The translations under genes were made by a program, and so were the position numbers. Positions 38,680 to 49,330 of a stretch of DNA of 64,000 nucleotides are shown here, piece by piece. The first letter of the stretch is position 1, and the number at the start of each line of letters is the position of its first letter. Origin of the DNA: Octopus sinensis (Eukaryota). The stretch spans positions 107,074,001-107,138,000 of the forward strand of contig NC_042999.1 in NCBI RefSeq assembly GCF_006345805.1. The letters run 5' to 3'. Below the pieces are notes generated by a model. That model was not told the origin of the DNA. It did not search any database and saw nothing but the letters and a program-made list of their open reading frames with translations.

Positions 38680-39022
38680 TCCAGCTCTCTCTGTCGTATA
38701 TCACCATGATCACCGTGAACGACCAGGCTAGATGCTGCTACACATCGCTGGTCACAATGCGCTTTGCATTGTTTTAGCCTTCAATGTTTGCATTGCTTTA
38801 GCCCCACTGGCTAAGCAAGCAGGCCATCAGAAGAAACAGTGAGAGAAAGTTGTGGCGAAAGAGAACAGCAAGGATCGCCACCCCCACCCCTGCTGGAGCC
38901 TCGTGGAGCTTTTAGGTGTTTTTGCTCAGTAAACATACACAACGCCCGGTCTGGGAATCGAAACCTCGATCCTCCGGCCGTGAGTCCGCTACCCTAACCA
39001 CTGGGCCATTGCGCCTCCACAC
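38680..39022 (-). mobile_element. tRNA-headed SINE, family D
   Basis: rc GGAGGCGCAATGGCCCAGTGGTTAGGGTAGCGGACTCACGG...GGTTTCGATTCCCAGACCGGGCG. Confidence 0.85.
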
Positions 39023-39115
39023 ATATATATATCGTTGGTAAATCATAAATCTGAAAAAGAAGCACATTCTGAGTTATAGAGCAGTATAGTATAAAGATAG
39101 ATAAGGCTGGTCTAT

Positions 39116-39176
39116 GGGATTACTCTGGGCTTCATGTCCATATAGCACCTAGCTTTACAGCACATCATCAGACCCC
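39116..39176 (-). ncRNA. Degenerate type I hammerhead ribozyme motif 3' of a PLE ORF
   Basis: GGGGT CTGATGA ..long helix II.. GAAG C CCAGA GTA ATCCC; helix I GGGGU/AUCCC; A15.1 reads G and the helix II register is off by one. Confidence 0.45.
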
Positions 39177-39317
39177 GAAACCTGTTGGCAACATGGCCTC
39201 TGTAGCAAATGGCCTTTCTAGAAAATGGAGAAGGAAAAGACTTCATTACTCTGTCAACAAAAGGGGAATGTCTCCCTTTGGCTGTTATCCGTAATCAACT
39301 CTCTTACCGTGCATGTC

Positions 39318-39640
39318 TCAGGACACCAGCAGGAACTTCCTGAAGTGCAAACAGGGTCCAAAGATTTCCATTCTGAAGTTAAGCATATTCTGTGTGTCGA
39401 GAGAGTCCTTTAATATCCTCATCCATTCAGCTATGCACGGTTTACAACGCTTGTTCCTATTAATGTAGGGGTCTGGATTTTTTAGGATTCTCCATGATAT
39501 TACATGTGGAATTCCTTTGTCCTTCAGTTGCCATACATGGTTGGCTAATGACGTAATGTATCTTCTTTCTGATATCCTGAAAAAGGATCTGTGGTTGGAG
39601 AGGCATTGCTTGAATGTGTTACCGGGGGCATCCAATGTAT
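39318..39640 (-). mobile_element. Penelope-like GIY-YIG C-terminal fragment
   Basis: NTFKQCLSNHRSFF...SLANHVWQLKDKG...ISWRIL...CKPCIAE...LNFRMEIFGPCLHFRKFLL*. Confidence 0.8.
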
Positions 39641-39659
39641 CTCTGTGTGAGGGTTTGAT

Positions 39660-40090
39660 GATGTTGTATCTGCTAGTGTTAACACTGCTGCTACCACTGT
39701 TGTTGCTACTGGTACTGCTGGTGTTGTTATTGGCATCGTTGAAGGTGACGATGATGTTAGTGCAGTTACTACTGGTGTAGAAGACATCAATGGTGGTAGC
39801 TGTTGCTGATGTTATGGTCATCATTATTGATGTTGTTGGAGCTCTTGTCGGCACTATCATGCTGAGTGGTGCTGTCACAGTTGCTATAGTTATCATTTGC
39901 GATGGTTTTGCCGTTATTTCTGTTAAGGATACTGCCCCTGATGTTGTTATCACTGGTGAAAATGCAGCGATAACAACATCAATGGCAGTATCTGTTCGTG
40001 TTTCTGCTGCTGCTGTTTTTAGTATTGACATTCCAGCTACTGTAATAGTCCTCAAGGAAGCTGCTGATATTGTTGCTGCTGCTACTAGGG
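39660..40090. repeat. Degenerate GTT/GCT triplet low-complexity tract
   Basis: Thr/Ala/Val-rich ORFs on both strands. Confidence 0.7.
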
Positions 40091-41034
40091 TCGGCTAGAA
40101 CCTCAGCTTCATAGACGACTCTCTTGGCTTGGTCCCACTGCATAGATATTGTTGGCTGGTGTCCTCTAGCATAGCCACAGGTTGTTGACCAGTGGTACCT
40201 TGTGAGTAAAACTGGTCAGTGGAAATTGGAAGAAACCTTGCATGTGTCTGTGTGTGTGCATGTGTGTGTGTGTGTATTGATGAGTTCATATTACCTCTGC
40301 ACATGTGTACATACTGTCTGTAAACAAATGCCTTGCTGGTTATTTGTTTGAAGCTCATGTAAAAGAACATATCCGCGCTTCTTGATATGTTTGCTGATTG
40401 TTAGCAGAATCCTCATCATTTTTATTGACAGTCCTTCATGAAAACATGTCTGGACTTTCTGTGGTTCAATGGACTTGGGTATTATTACTTTGCTTAGAAA
40501 TAAGTTAGGGTTGGTCTCAAGAAGGATATTTATTCATAGAAGGCTCTACCTCAAAGTAGTTTCATGAGACTCAAGTAACCATGGAAAAGTAAAAGTTAAA
40601 AATGATGATGATGAGGAGGATTCGTGTGTGCTGTTTGTCTCTCACAACCTGACAACTGCCGTTAATTTATTTATGCCCAAATAATTTATAAATTTATAAA
40701 AGAGAGACAGGTATAAAAAGTACAAGTCTTGAAAAAAATACTAGGGTCAAGTTTGGTTGACTAAACTTTTAGGGTGGTGCTCCAGCATGGTTACAGTCGA
40801 ATAACTGAAAACAATAAAAGAGATGTTTTGTTGTTGTTTCAGGCCACAGTGATCACACAAACCTATGAACACAGATCTTGTCTGGCAACCTTCTTTTTAT
40901 TAGGTATATTATGTCCAGTTCAATATGTCCCTTTTTAAAAGAAAAATGGTGGTAGGAGCAGTTGATTGTTGTTTATAGCAATTCTAAAGAAGTTTCTCAG
41001 ATATAATTTAAAAATACTGTCATAGTTTTATACA

Positions 41035-41362
41035 GTGAAGACTCATGGATCAATGGTTAAAGCATTGGGCTCACAATCATGAGGCAGTGAGTTTGATTCC
41101 CAGATTGGGAAGACACTTGAGCAAGACACCTTATTCTACATCGCTCCAGTTCACTCAGCTCTAGAAATTAGTTACAATGTCAATGGTGCCAAGCTGTATC
41201 TGCCTTTCCCCCGAATAACATCAGTGGCACAGTGTGGAGAGACTGGTATGCATAGGCGTCTGCTGGTCTTCCATGAACAATCTTGCTCGGATTTGTTCCT
41301 CGGAGAGAAACTTTCTAAGCACAATCCCATTGCCATTCATGACCAAAGTGGGTCTTTACCCT
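41035..41362 (+). mobile_element. SINE family C
   Basis: Colinear with 62950-63294 (GCTCCAGTTCACTCAGCT...GGTGCCAAGCTGTATC...CATGACC..GGTCTTTACCC). Confidence 0.8.
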
Positions 41363-43934
41363 TTTTTTATAGTTTTATAGATAGTCCAGGGACTATCTTG
41401 TTTCACTTCTTAAGCAGTGGAGAAACAAATCAGCTTCATGGCCCTTTATTTTTCAGAGACTCGAAATCACCCAGTGACCGGATGATGATATTAAACTGGA
41501 CAACGGTTTAAGTTTATTACCCATGTAGGTCATGGTAAGATAATGTGAAGCATCTTATCCAAGACATCAGCAATTTCAGGAAGCTATCGAATCTAACCTC
41601 AGTGAGATTTGAAATTAAAAGACAGTGAATCACAACAAACACGACAAGGTATTTAATACCAGCCTCTAATGACTGCCTCTTTATCCTTTTTCTCATTAAA
41701 TGTATTTATTATTACATTTAGGTTAATTAGTACACTTAGGTTAAAAGTATAAAAAATATTGACTCACCTCAAAAGACATCAATGACTTAGTCTCAGATCT
41801 TGTTAATCAGTGTAACTAAACTTAATGTATTGAAATAAAACAACAAAATAAGAAACCAACGTATGTGACATTTTATTGAGCTTGTGGATTACTGGCATAA
41901 TGATGCATCATTAGTGGTTAATTGGCTAATTAATGAAAGTAATTGAGGTTGTGATGGACATGGAGTTGCGTTTAATACATCAAAGACGTCACATATAGGG
42001 ATCACCTGCTCAGATATGATTGACGTGGGACTAAACAACCCTGTTCACCTATACTTAACACCGTGCAGTTTAAATGTTTCTCAAACCAAGCAAGAGACAT
42101 TAATTTTTAAATAATCTAAATGAAACATATCTATAATATTAAGGATTCTATCAATCAGGGTTCACTATGTCACTGCATCCAGAAAATTTCCTCTCCAGGT
42201 AACAAGCCTGGTCTGGGTTTACTTATTAATTTATTTATTTTGTGAGTTTGGTTGTGGAGACCCGCAGTTGCCCATGCAGCAAGTCCCCACCCCCACCCTC
42301 TTGATGCCATTGATATTCTTCAAGGAAAAGGTAAAGATTAATACAGAGAGACAGTAGTGTTACTGGAGACAAGCTCAGAACATAAAAAGCTGAAACAAAT
42401 ACCACAAGGTATTTTGTCCAATGCTTCTACAATTCCATAAATCCATTGTCTTGGATTGATATTTATTTTACTAGACTTGAAGGACCTAAAGTGAAATTCA
42501 CTTCATCAGAATTTGATCTCATAATATTAATAACATTAAGGCAATGTGCTTGTGTGTATGTGTGTATATATATTGTGTATGTATGTATAAATGTATTCGT
42601 ATGTATGTATACAGTAAAGTGTTTTTAGCAAATTGATGATTTATAAATGTGCAAATGAGTATCACAATAACACAAGTAAAGATAGAGGGTCATTTTCGTT
42701 TTCTTCCAACCACAAATTTTAATCTGATATATACTTTTGAAATAATTTTGCATGTTGATCACAAATATCACATTCTTTACTTTGAAAAATTTATAATAAA
42801 GAAGTTAGAAGTATTTAAAGCTGTGGTGTTTTTAGTTAATGAATTTTAAACCAATCTTCACAGAGGAATTCAAAACTATTTGTTGTCATGGCAACTCCAT
42901 TCATTAATTATTTTTTCATCCCATAGCTGCATATACTGGAGATGTAGTAGGGGAGAATGTCGAGAATCTGCATCCATTAGAAGAGGCACGTAGTTGGAAG
43001 ATGGAACCCTTCGACTTCGGAGTTTGGTTTTATTTATCTACAGCTATGTCAAAACAGTAGACAACTGGGTTTTATAAAGGTGTCGTAGTAGACTAAAAAA
43101 ATGTAAAACTGAACTACTGAACTGTCGACGTTAGAGTCTCACCTTACCAAGGTGTCAGGTGATGCCCATGAGGGTGCTTGGCTGTTCTGACGCCATAATC
43201 TTGCCATTGTCCATGGAATGCCTTAAGCATGTTGGCTTGCTTCAGTAGGCTCCCTTGAACATTGTGGTGTGAGACCAATTGAGGCACTTGGTGTTGAAAT
43301 GGTGTTTTTTTCCTTTTTATCTTTATTTGTTTTTCTTATCTCTCTTTGTTCCTCCTTTTCCATTTTTCTTCCTGGTTTTGTATTTATATTTTTAATGTTG
43401 TTTTGTATTATATGTGTTCCAATAAAGTTGATATTATACTTGAAATGTTGTATGCATTCTTTGAATTTCTTGATTTCGAGGCTTTTGCCACCAAATAATA
43501 TACTAATATATTGCCATTTCACTGTTGTATATGTTTTAGTGTTTCCAGACATGTTGGTGTTTCCCTATTTTTTGTAATTTTGGACATTGTTTCCTTCTTA
43601 CCCTCGCATTCAATTATTATATTGTTTTATAAAAGTCTGTTGGTTTTTTTTTCAATTTTATCTTTATTTTTTTTTAATGTTTAATATGAACTTTTATCAA
43701 CCAAGATATTGATTATACACACATTTATTATATCTTATTATTGCATTATTACTCATTTTTTTAAAGTAATTAAACCTACCTTGAATTAAGTGCATTCATC
43801 TTTTTACGTATCCCCAAATATTTTCTCCACACTCTTACATATTTCGAAATTGATTACTTCCATTTTATTTTGATCAATCTTTTCCCCTGTGCTTGTGTGT
43901 CTGTTTCTACCTGCTTTGGACTCTTCAGTAATAA

Positions 43935-44110
43935 TCCTTTCTATCAAAGGCACAAGGCCTGAAATTCACTGGTACTTAATTTATTGATCCTGAAAGGATG
44001 AAAGGTAAAGTCCACCTCAGTGGCATTTGAACTCAGAACGTACCAGCAGCTGAAATACTGCTGAACATTTTACCCAGCATGCTGATGATTCTGTCAGCTT
44101 GCCACCATCA
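43935..44110 (-). mobile_element. SINE family A
   Basis: GGATGAAAGGTAAAGTCCACCTCAGTGGCATTTGAACTCAGAACG. Confidence 0.8.
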
Positions 44111-44384
44111 GGTCTCTATTTAATGCATGTTTTCTAATTGCTTCAACCTCCCCTATGTACTCATACTTGTTTATCCATATTTGATACAAATTGTCATTTG
44201 TGACTTAACCTAGCTTCCATATCCTCTTCTGTTTTCTTTTCTTTTCTTTTTCTTCTGCATTTTTTCTTTCTTTTCCTCTTCTACACATTTCTTTCTATCC
44301 TGCATGTCATGAATTTGCCACTCACCATTTTCTTTAGCAAGTTCTTTTTATTTTATTCATTTATTTATAGCTATAGGTGTGACT

Positions 44385-44765
44385 GTCTCCTAAAGAGGTT
44401 TGGTTCCAAACCACATGGTTCCAGGTTCAATTCTCTTGCATGACACATTGGGTAAGTGCCTTCTACTATAGCCCCGGACTGATCAAAGCCTTGTGAGTGA
44501 ATTTGGTTGATAGAAAATGAAAGGAGTCGTGTATGTGCATGTGTGTGTGTGTGTGTGTGCATGTGTCTTTGTGTCTGTATTAATCTTCCATCACAGTTTT
44601 ACAACAGATGTAAGTATGTTTGCATTCTCATAACTTAGCAGTTCAGCAAAACTGAATGATAGAATAAATAACAAGCCTTTAAGAAGTAAGTACTGGTATC
44701 TATTAGTTCAACTAAAATTCTTCAACATGGCTACAGAATAATGACTGAACCAAGATAAAAGATGG
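44385..44765 (+). mobile_element. SINE family B
   Basis: CCAAACCACATGGTTCCAGGTTCAA..GGGTAAGTGCCTTCTACTATAGCC..GT microsatellite..GACTGAACCAAGATAAAA. Confidence 0.8.
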
Positions 44766-45264
44766 ATTTTTAATTTGATTTTTGAGATACACTCATTCAC
44801 CATTATTCATAATTCTAATTTATATAATTTACGAAATATTTTTCTTAAATTGTTCATTTCTAAAAGGGAATTTTTCCTTCCCTGCAGGTACCATACCTAT
44901 TCTAATTTATATAGGCAAGTTGTGTAATTCAGTTTAAATCCAATTTCAACTCATTTGTCAATGGCCAGTCATTTTCAGCCAACAAATTTCCTGTTATTTT
45001 CAGAAGTCATAAACCCCTATCTGGTCAGCTTTAACTGTTTATTAAAGAGTTACTAAATAAATATCATGATGGTGATTATACATATTAATAAATGATTATA
45101 GTTTCTAAAATTTCTTTACAGTCTGATGATCAGTTATATGAAAGTCTGAATAGCAGTCTGTAAAATCATTTCAACTTCAAAAACATTATATATATTTATA
45201 GAATCCATATAGAGTGGATAGCTAGCTAGGTACTGATGTATATATGTATGTGTGTGTGTGTTTG

Positions 45265-45338
<74 letters not shown>

Positions 45339-46117
45339 AGAGGAGATAGATAGATAAATAGATAGATAGATAGAAAGATAGATAGATGTGTGTGTGTGTA
45401 AGTTATATATATATACATTTATATATATATATAATTTATTAAAATACGAGCTATAACATTTGTTTAACAGAATTATTAATGTTCTGTGAAATATGTGTGT
45501 GTGTGCGTGTGTGTATATGTGTGTTTGCTTTTGCATATATACCATTAATAAAAATATTTTTATGACTTAAATTTTACAATTATTTTCCATTTAACAATCA
45601 TAAAAATTATGAGGCAAATTATATGTTTGGTAGTTACTTATGATTTTGAACATATTTAGATTTTTTTTATCTGGTATTCTAGAAGCTATTTGATGAAGAG
45701 ATTGTTTATATTATGTTGATTTATTGGCTGTCCATTATATTTTACTTGTGTGTATGTATGTGTGTATGTGTGTGAGTGTAACAGTTTCATAACCTTGAGA
45801 TGTATAGTTTTACGATCATTAAATTATTTTAAAACCTATATAATAAATATACTTCTATCTGGAGTTTAGTATTTAGTAAAAATAACTAAACTAGTAGATT
45901 TTAATTTGTATGCAGTATTTTTCATGAGTTAAAGCAGAATTGAACTCTGTCCATGTTCTTCTAAGAATATTTCAGCAGTATCATGGACAGCAAATAACTA
46001 TGTATGCTGCAAGAGAACTTCTACATAGTTAATTTATCTGCTAGAAGTAACAATCACATTTTACTCACATTTCCTTTTACCTCAAACCATATCATCTTTT
46101 ATTTTAAGAAGAACACT

Positions 46118-46495
46118 TCTAAATATGTTATGCCTGGAATAAGACATGAGATTAAATATAAAATATAGGCTTAAATGCTTTGGATTATACTTAGTTTTCT
46201 ACAAGTTGGTGGCACGAATGTCATCACACTGTAGAAAGCTGTGCCTCAACATACTTGAGCTTAAAACATGCAAGCATGGAAAAGTAGAAGTTACGATAAT
46301 GATGATGATGATGATGATGATGATGGTGGCGGTGGTGGTGGTGATGAATGTATTTAGAAAAATATTAACTTTATAGTCTTCTAAATAGTTGATTTTATTG
46401 TTTATCTCCAAATCAGCTTCATCTGTGCAGGTCTTTAATCCAAGGTATTTAAACTTATTTAATCCCATGTTTTATTCCAGGAATAGCATATTTAG
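46118..46495. repeat. Old inverted-repeat (MITE-like) element
   Basis: TCTAAATATGTTATGCCTGGAATAAGACATGAGATTAAATA...TTGGATTA (46118-46187) vs rc at 46436-46495. Confidence 0.65.
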
Positions 46496-46699
46496 AGATA
46501 TATTAACCAATGTGTTTTTCCTGTATATATATATATAACTTTGTGAAGTTACCTTTCGGGGAGGTGGAGCTATGTGAATGCTAATTAGGTGTGGTGTGTC
46601 GAAAGGAAGGATAGAATGAAAATAAGTGTTCAAAGGATGGGGTTGATATAAAGATTTTGTGAGATTTTATTTGGTTTGATATGGGAAGTGTGGAAGAAA

Positions 46700-46990
46700 T
46701 GTGTAAACAGTCATGTCAAATTCAGGTCACAACTTTTTTTGTATAAAATGGTTTTTGTGTCTGTTTTAGGGTTCACAAAAGAATGAGTGTAGATAAATTA
46801 GTCCGCCCTTGAACATGTGCCAGACATGGTTCTGGTGTTGTTGGATTTCTATTAAGAGAATTGGTGGTTTGGGACGGTTACGATTGGAGAGGTTATGTTA
46901 CTATAAACATTTATTGAAATTTTGTAGTATGCTTTTAGCGAGGTTATTTTTATATATATCATTGTAAGGAAATGCTTATTAGTAATACTA
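46700..46990 (-). mobile_element. Highly decayed PLE GIY-YIG end
   Basis: rc contains KNHFIQK..PEF, resembling the NHFIxKFxPELN end of PLE ORFs. Confidence 0.35.
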
Positions 46991-47499
46991 AATGGTTCAT
47001 CACACAATCAGAAAATCACATAATGAGGAAGTAGTTTTCCATATATATATCCATGTATAAAGGGAAATATACATGTATAAACAATACATGAATAAATAAT
47101 ATATAAATATTGCAATACACAGACTTATAAACCCATGGATTCATATATGCCATTGTCCATATACATATATGTATATTCACATATACACACACCACTTGAC
47201 AACCGGTGTTGGTTTGTTTACATTTAACATATCAATAGAATAACTGTTATTCTTTAAAAAATTAGTACTGGGAACTTTTGTTCAACTAAACTCTTCAAGA
47301 CCATGCACCAGTTTGGTCACAACCTAGTTACTGAAACAAGTAAATGATAATAGATATATATTTATATTTACTTGTTTATTTATTTTATCTAATTATTTAT
47401 AATGGCACAGACGTTAATCACATGTACACCAGTTCTGTCCAATTGCATGGCACCTTGGTCAAGTGTTTTTTTCCTATAACTCCAGGCAGATGGGAGTAA

Positions 47500-47533
<34 letters not shown>

Positions 47534-48133
47534 AAAGACAGGATGTGTGTGTGTGTGTATACGTGAATGTAATTTATGGAGATTCACAAATTAGCATGTA
47601 TGTCACTCCAATTTAGGAAAACATGGGTCACGGCCGTGGCTTTGTTTTCGTTGACTTATTTTTCCCAAGGCACCCATGGGTAGTGGTAAAGATCGAGTTT
47701 CAACCATAACTTTTACAAATTTCCATGTCAGGGAAATCTGTAAGTTTGCTAACATGAGTTAATTCCCCTATCTAGCAGTGGTGTAAAAGAAAAACAAAGG
47801 GTAAATTTTTAGATTAACACCCGCAATTATTTTCACTAAGAAAAAAATAAACTTGGATTTTTGCATGGAATCAAGTACCCTGACCTACTAATATGCTGCA
47901 AATCCTTTATTTTGGTTTGGCAAGAAGGGGGTAGGGCGAGGGAGCCCCCCCCTTCCTGGAATCATCGGGAATTTTTTCGCTGAATGAATACCTGTAACCT
48001 CCTAATATATTACAAAAGTCTTGGGGGGGGTAAAAAAATGGGGTGGGGTGAGGTGGAAGGCTTGGAAATTTTACCCACTCCCAACATTTTACAGAAATAA
48101 ATTTTCCAGAGTGTGAATTACATGGTCCATTAT

Positions 48134-48180
<47 letters not shown>

Positions 48181-48229
48181 AGTAGAGAATATGACATTTA
48201 TATTGTGTGTGTGTGTGTGTTTGTGGACA

Positions 48230-49140
48230 TATATATATATAATACTGTGCAAATTTTCGATGCAGATCTTCGAGGCAACCTTCTCCAATGCATATCTTTG
48301 ATACAGCCTTGACTGATAGTACCCCTAGGAGAGGTTAGGACTAGATCGGGATTACTCACTGCCGTTTAGAGGCTCCTGAGCCCCCTTTCACTAGTTTAGC
48401 TTAGGCTTAGGTTAAGGCTTAGTTGTGATCTGAACTTAACCTCTTCTGACACAGAGGATTGGGAGCCCTTTAGGGTTTCTATTTTCCTTGCTAGAAGGGC
48501 TCCCAACCAAGTAGGGTTAGATGATGAAGGTAGTGGTTTCGAAAAGGTCAGCATGTGCAACCTAATCACTTCTGCCGGTCAAGCTCCCAACCCATGCAAC
48601 ACCATCATGACACTGATTCTGCAGAACTGTGTTGGGTGTGAAATCTAACTTTAAAGTATAAATATAGATTGTTTTTGAATCAGCACTGTTGTGGTCAGTT
48701 AAGTCCTATTTGAGATGAAAAAAATCAATGAACTGATTCCTTATGGGGTTTTCCTTTCAATCAGGATGAAAATCGATAAAATGATTCCTTATGGGATTTC
48801 CCACTAAAATTGGCTACACCCCATTTTTCAACCATAACTTTTACCAATTTTGACGTATTTTGTTCAAACTTAATGCCTTACATAGGACTCATGGGATCTT
48901 TGAATGCTTTAAGTGCTCCAAAAAAAAAAATACTTGATGAGTAGAAAAATCAATAAACCAATTCCTTATGGGATTTCCCAATCAAATTGTCTGCAAACTA
49001 TTTTCAGCCAAGCGTTTACCAATTTCAATGGATTTCACTCAAATTTCACATTGGTGTTACTTAGTTTGGTTTGAAACAAAGCGTTCAATTAACTTGATAA
49101 TCCTAACTTAATCCCAGGCAATGTCGGGCTATACTGCTTG
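48230..49140 (+). mobile_element. Decayed non-autonomous Helitron
   Basis: 3' CCCAGGCAATGTCGGG hairpin plus CTGCTTG|T, similar to the 36594 end; three internal ATTCCTTATGGG(A/G)TTT subrepeats; 5' TC not visible. Confidence 0.6.
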
Positions 49141-49161
49141 TATATATATATATATATATAT

Positions 49162-49330
49162 ACATCATTATCATTGATGTCCATGTTTCATGCTAGAATG
49201 TGTTGGACTGGACCCAATGGACCCAAGGACTGCATTGTGCTGTAGTGTCTCTTTGACATTATTTCTACCACTGGATGCCCATCCTAACACAAACGGCATT
49301 ACAGTGTATACTGCATGCTTTACATGTTCC
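49162..49330 (-). mobile_element. Degenerate RTE 3'-end / Ceph-like copy
   Basis: CATCATTATC..TTTCATGCTAGAATGTGTTGGAC..CTGGATGCCCATCCTAACAC. Confidence 0.6.

Noticed and set aside
41770-41817. Minus-strand segment with a strong GAG|gtgagt donor
   Set aside because: Stops in all three frames; could only be non-coding, with no support.
42923-43060. Strong acceptor with open frames AYTGDVVGENVENLHPLEE... or FLYWCH-like IYWRCSRGEC
   Set aside because: No convincing donor; merges into unclassified repeat-like sequence; motif too short.
46419-46444. Short exon-like segment (SSVQVFNP)
   Set aside because: Donor overlaps the arm of the 46118-46495 inverted repeat.
46541-46620. Hammerhead-like traces here and at about 21140-21200 and 49450-49510
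   Set aside because: Core boxes are too degenerate and no helices can be drawn.
47560-48145. GC-richer block with G/C runs
   Set aside because: No termini, TSD, ORF or second copy in the window; probably an unclassified repeat, but unsupported here.
48397-48423. Telomere-like TTAGGC run as an interstitial telomere
   Set aside because: Only about four imperfect units; treated as part of the Helitron-like element.
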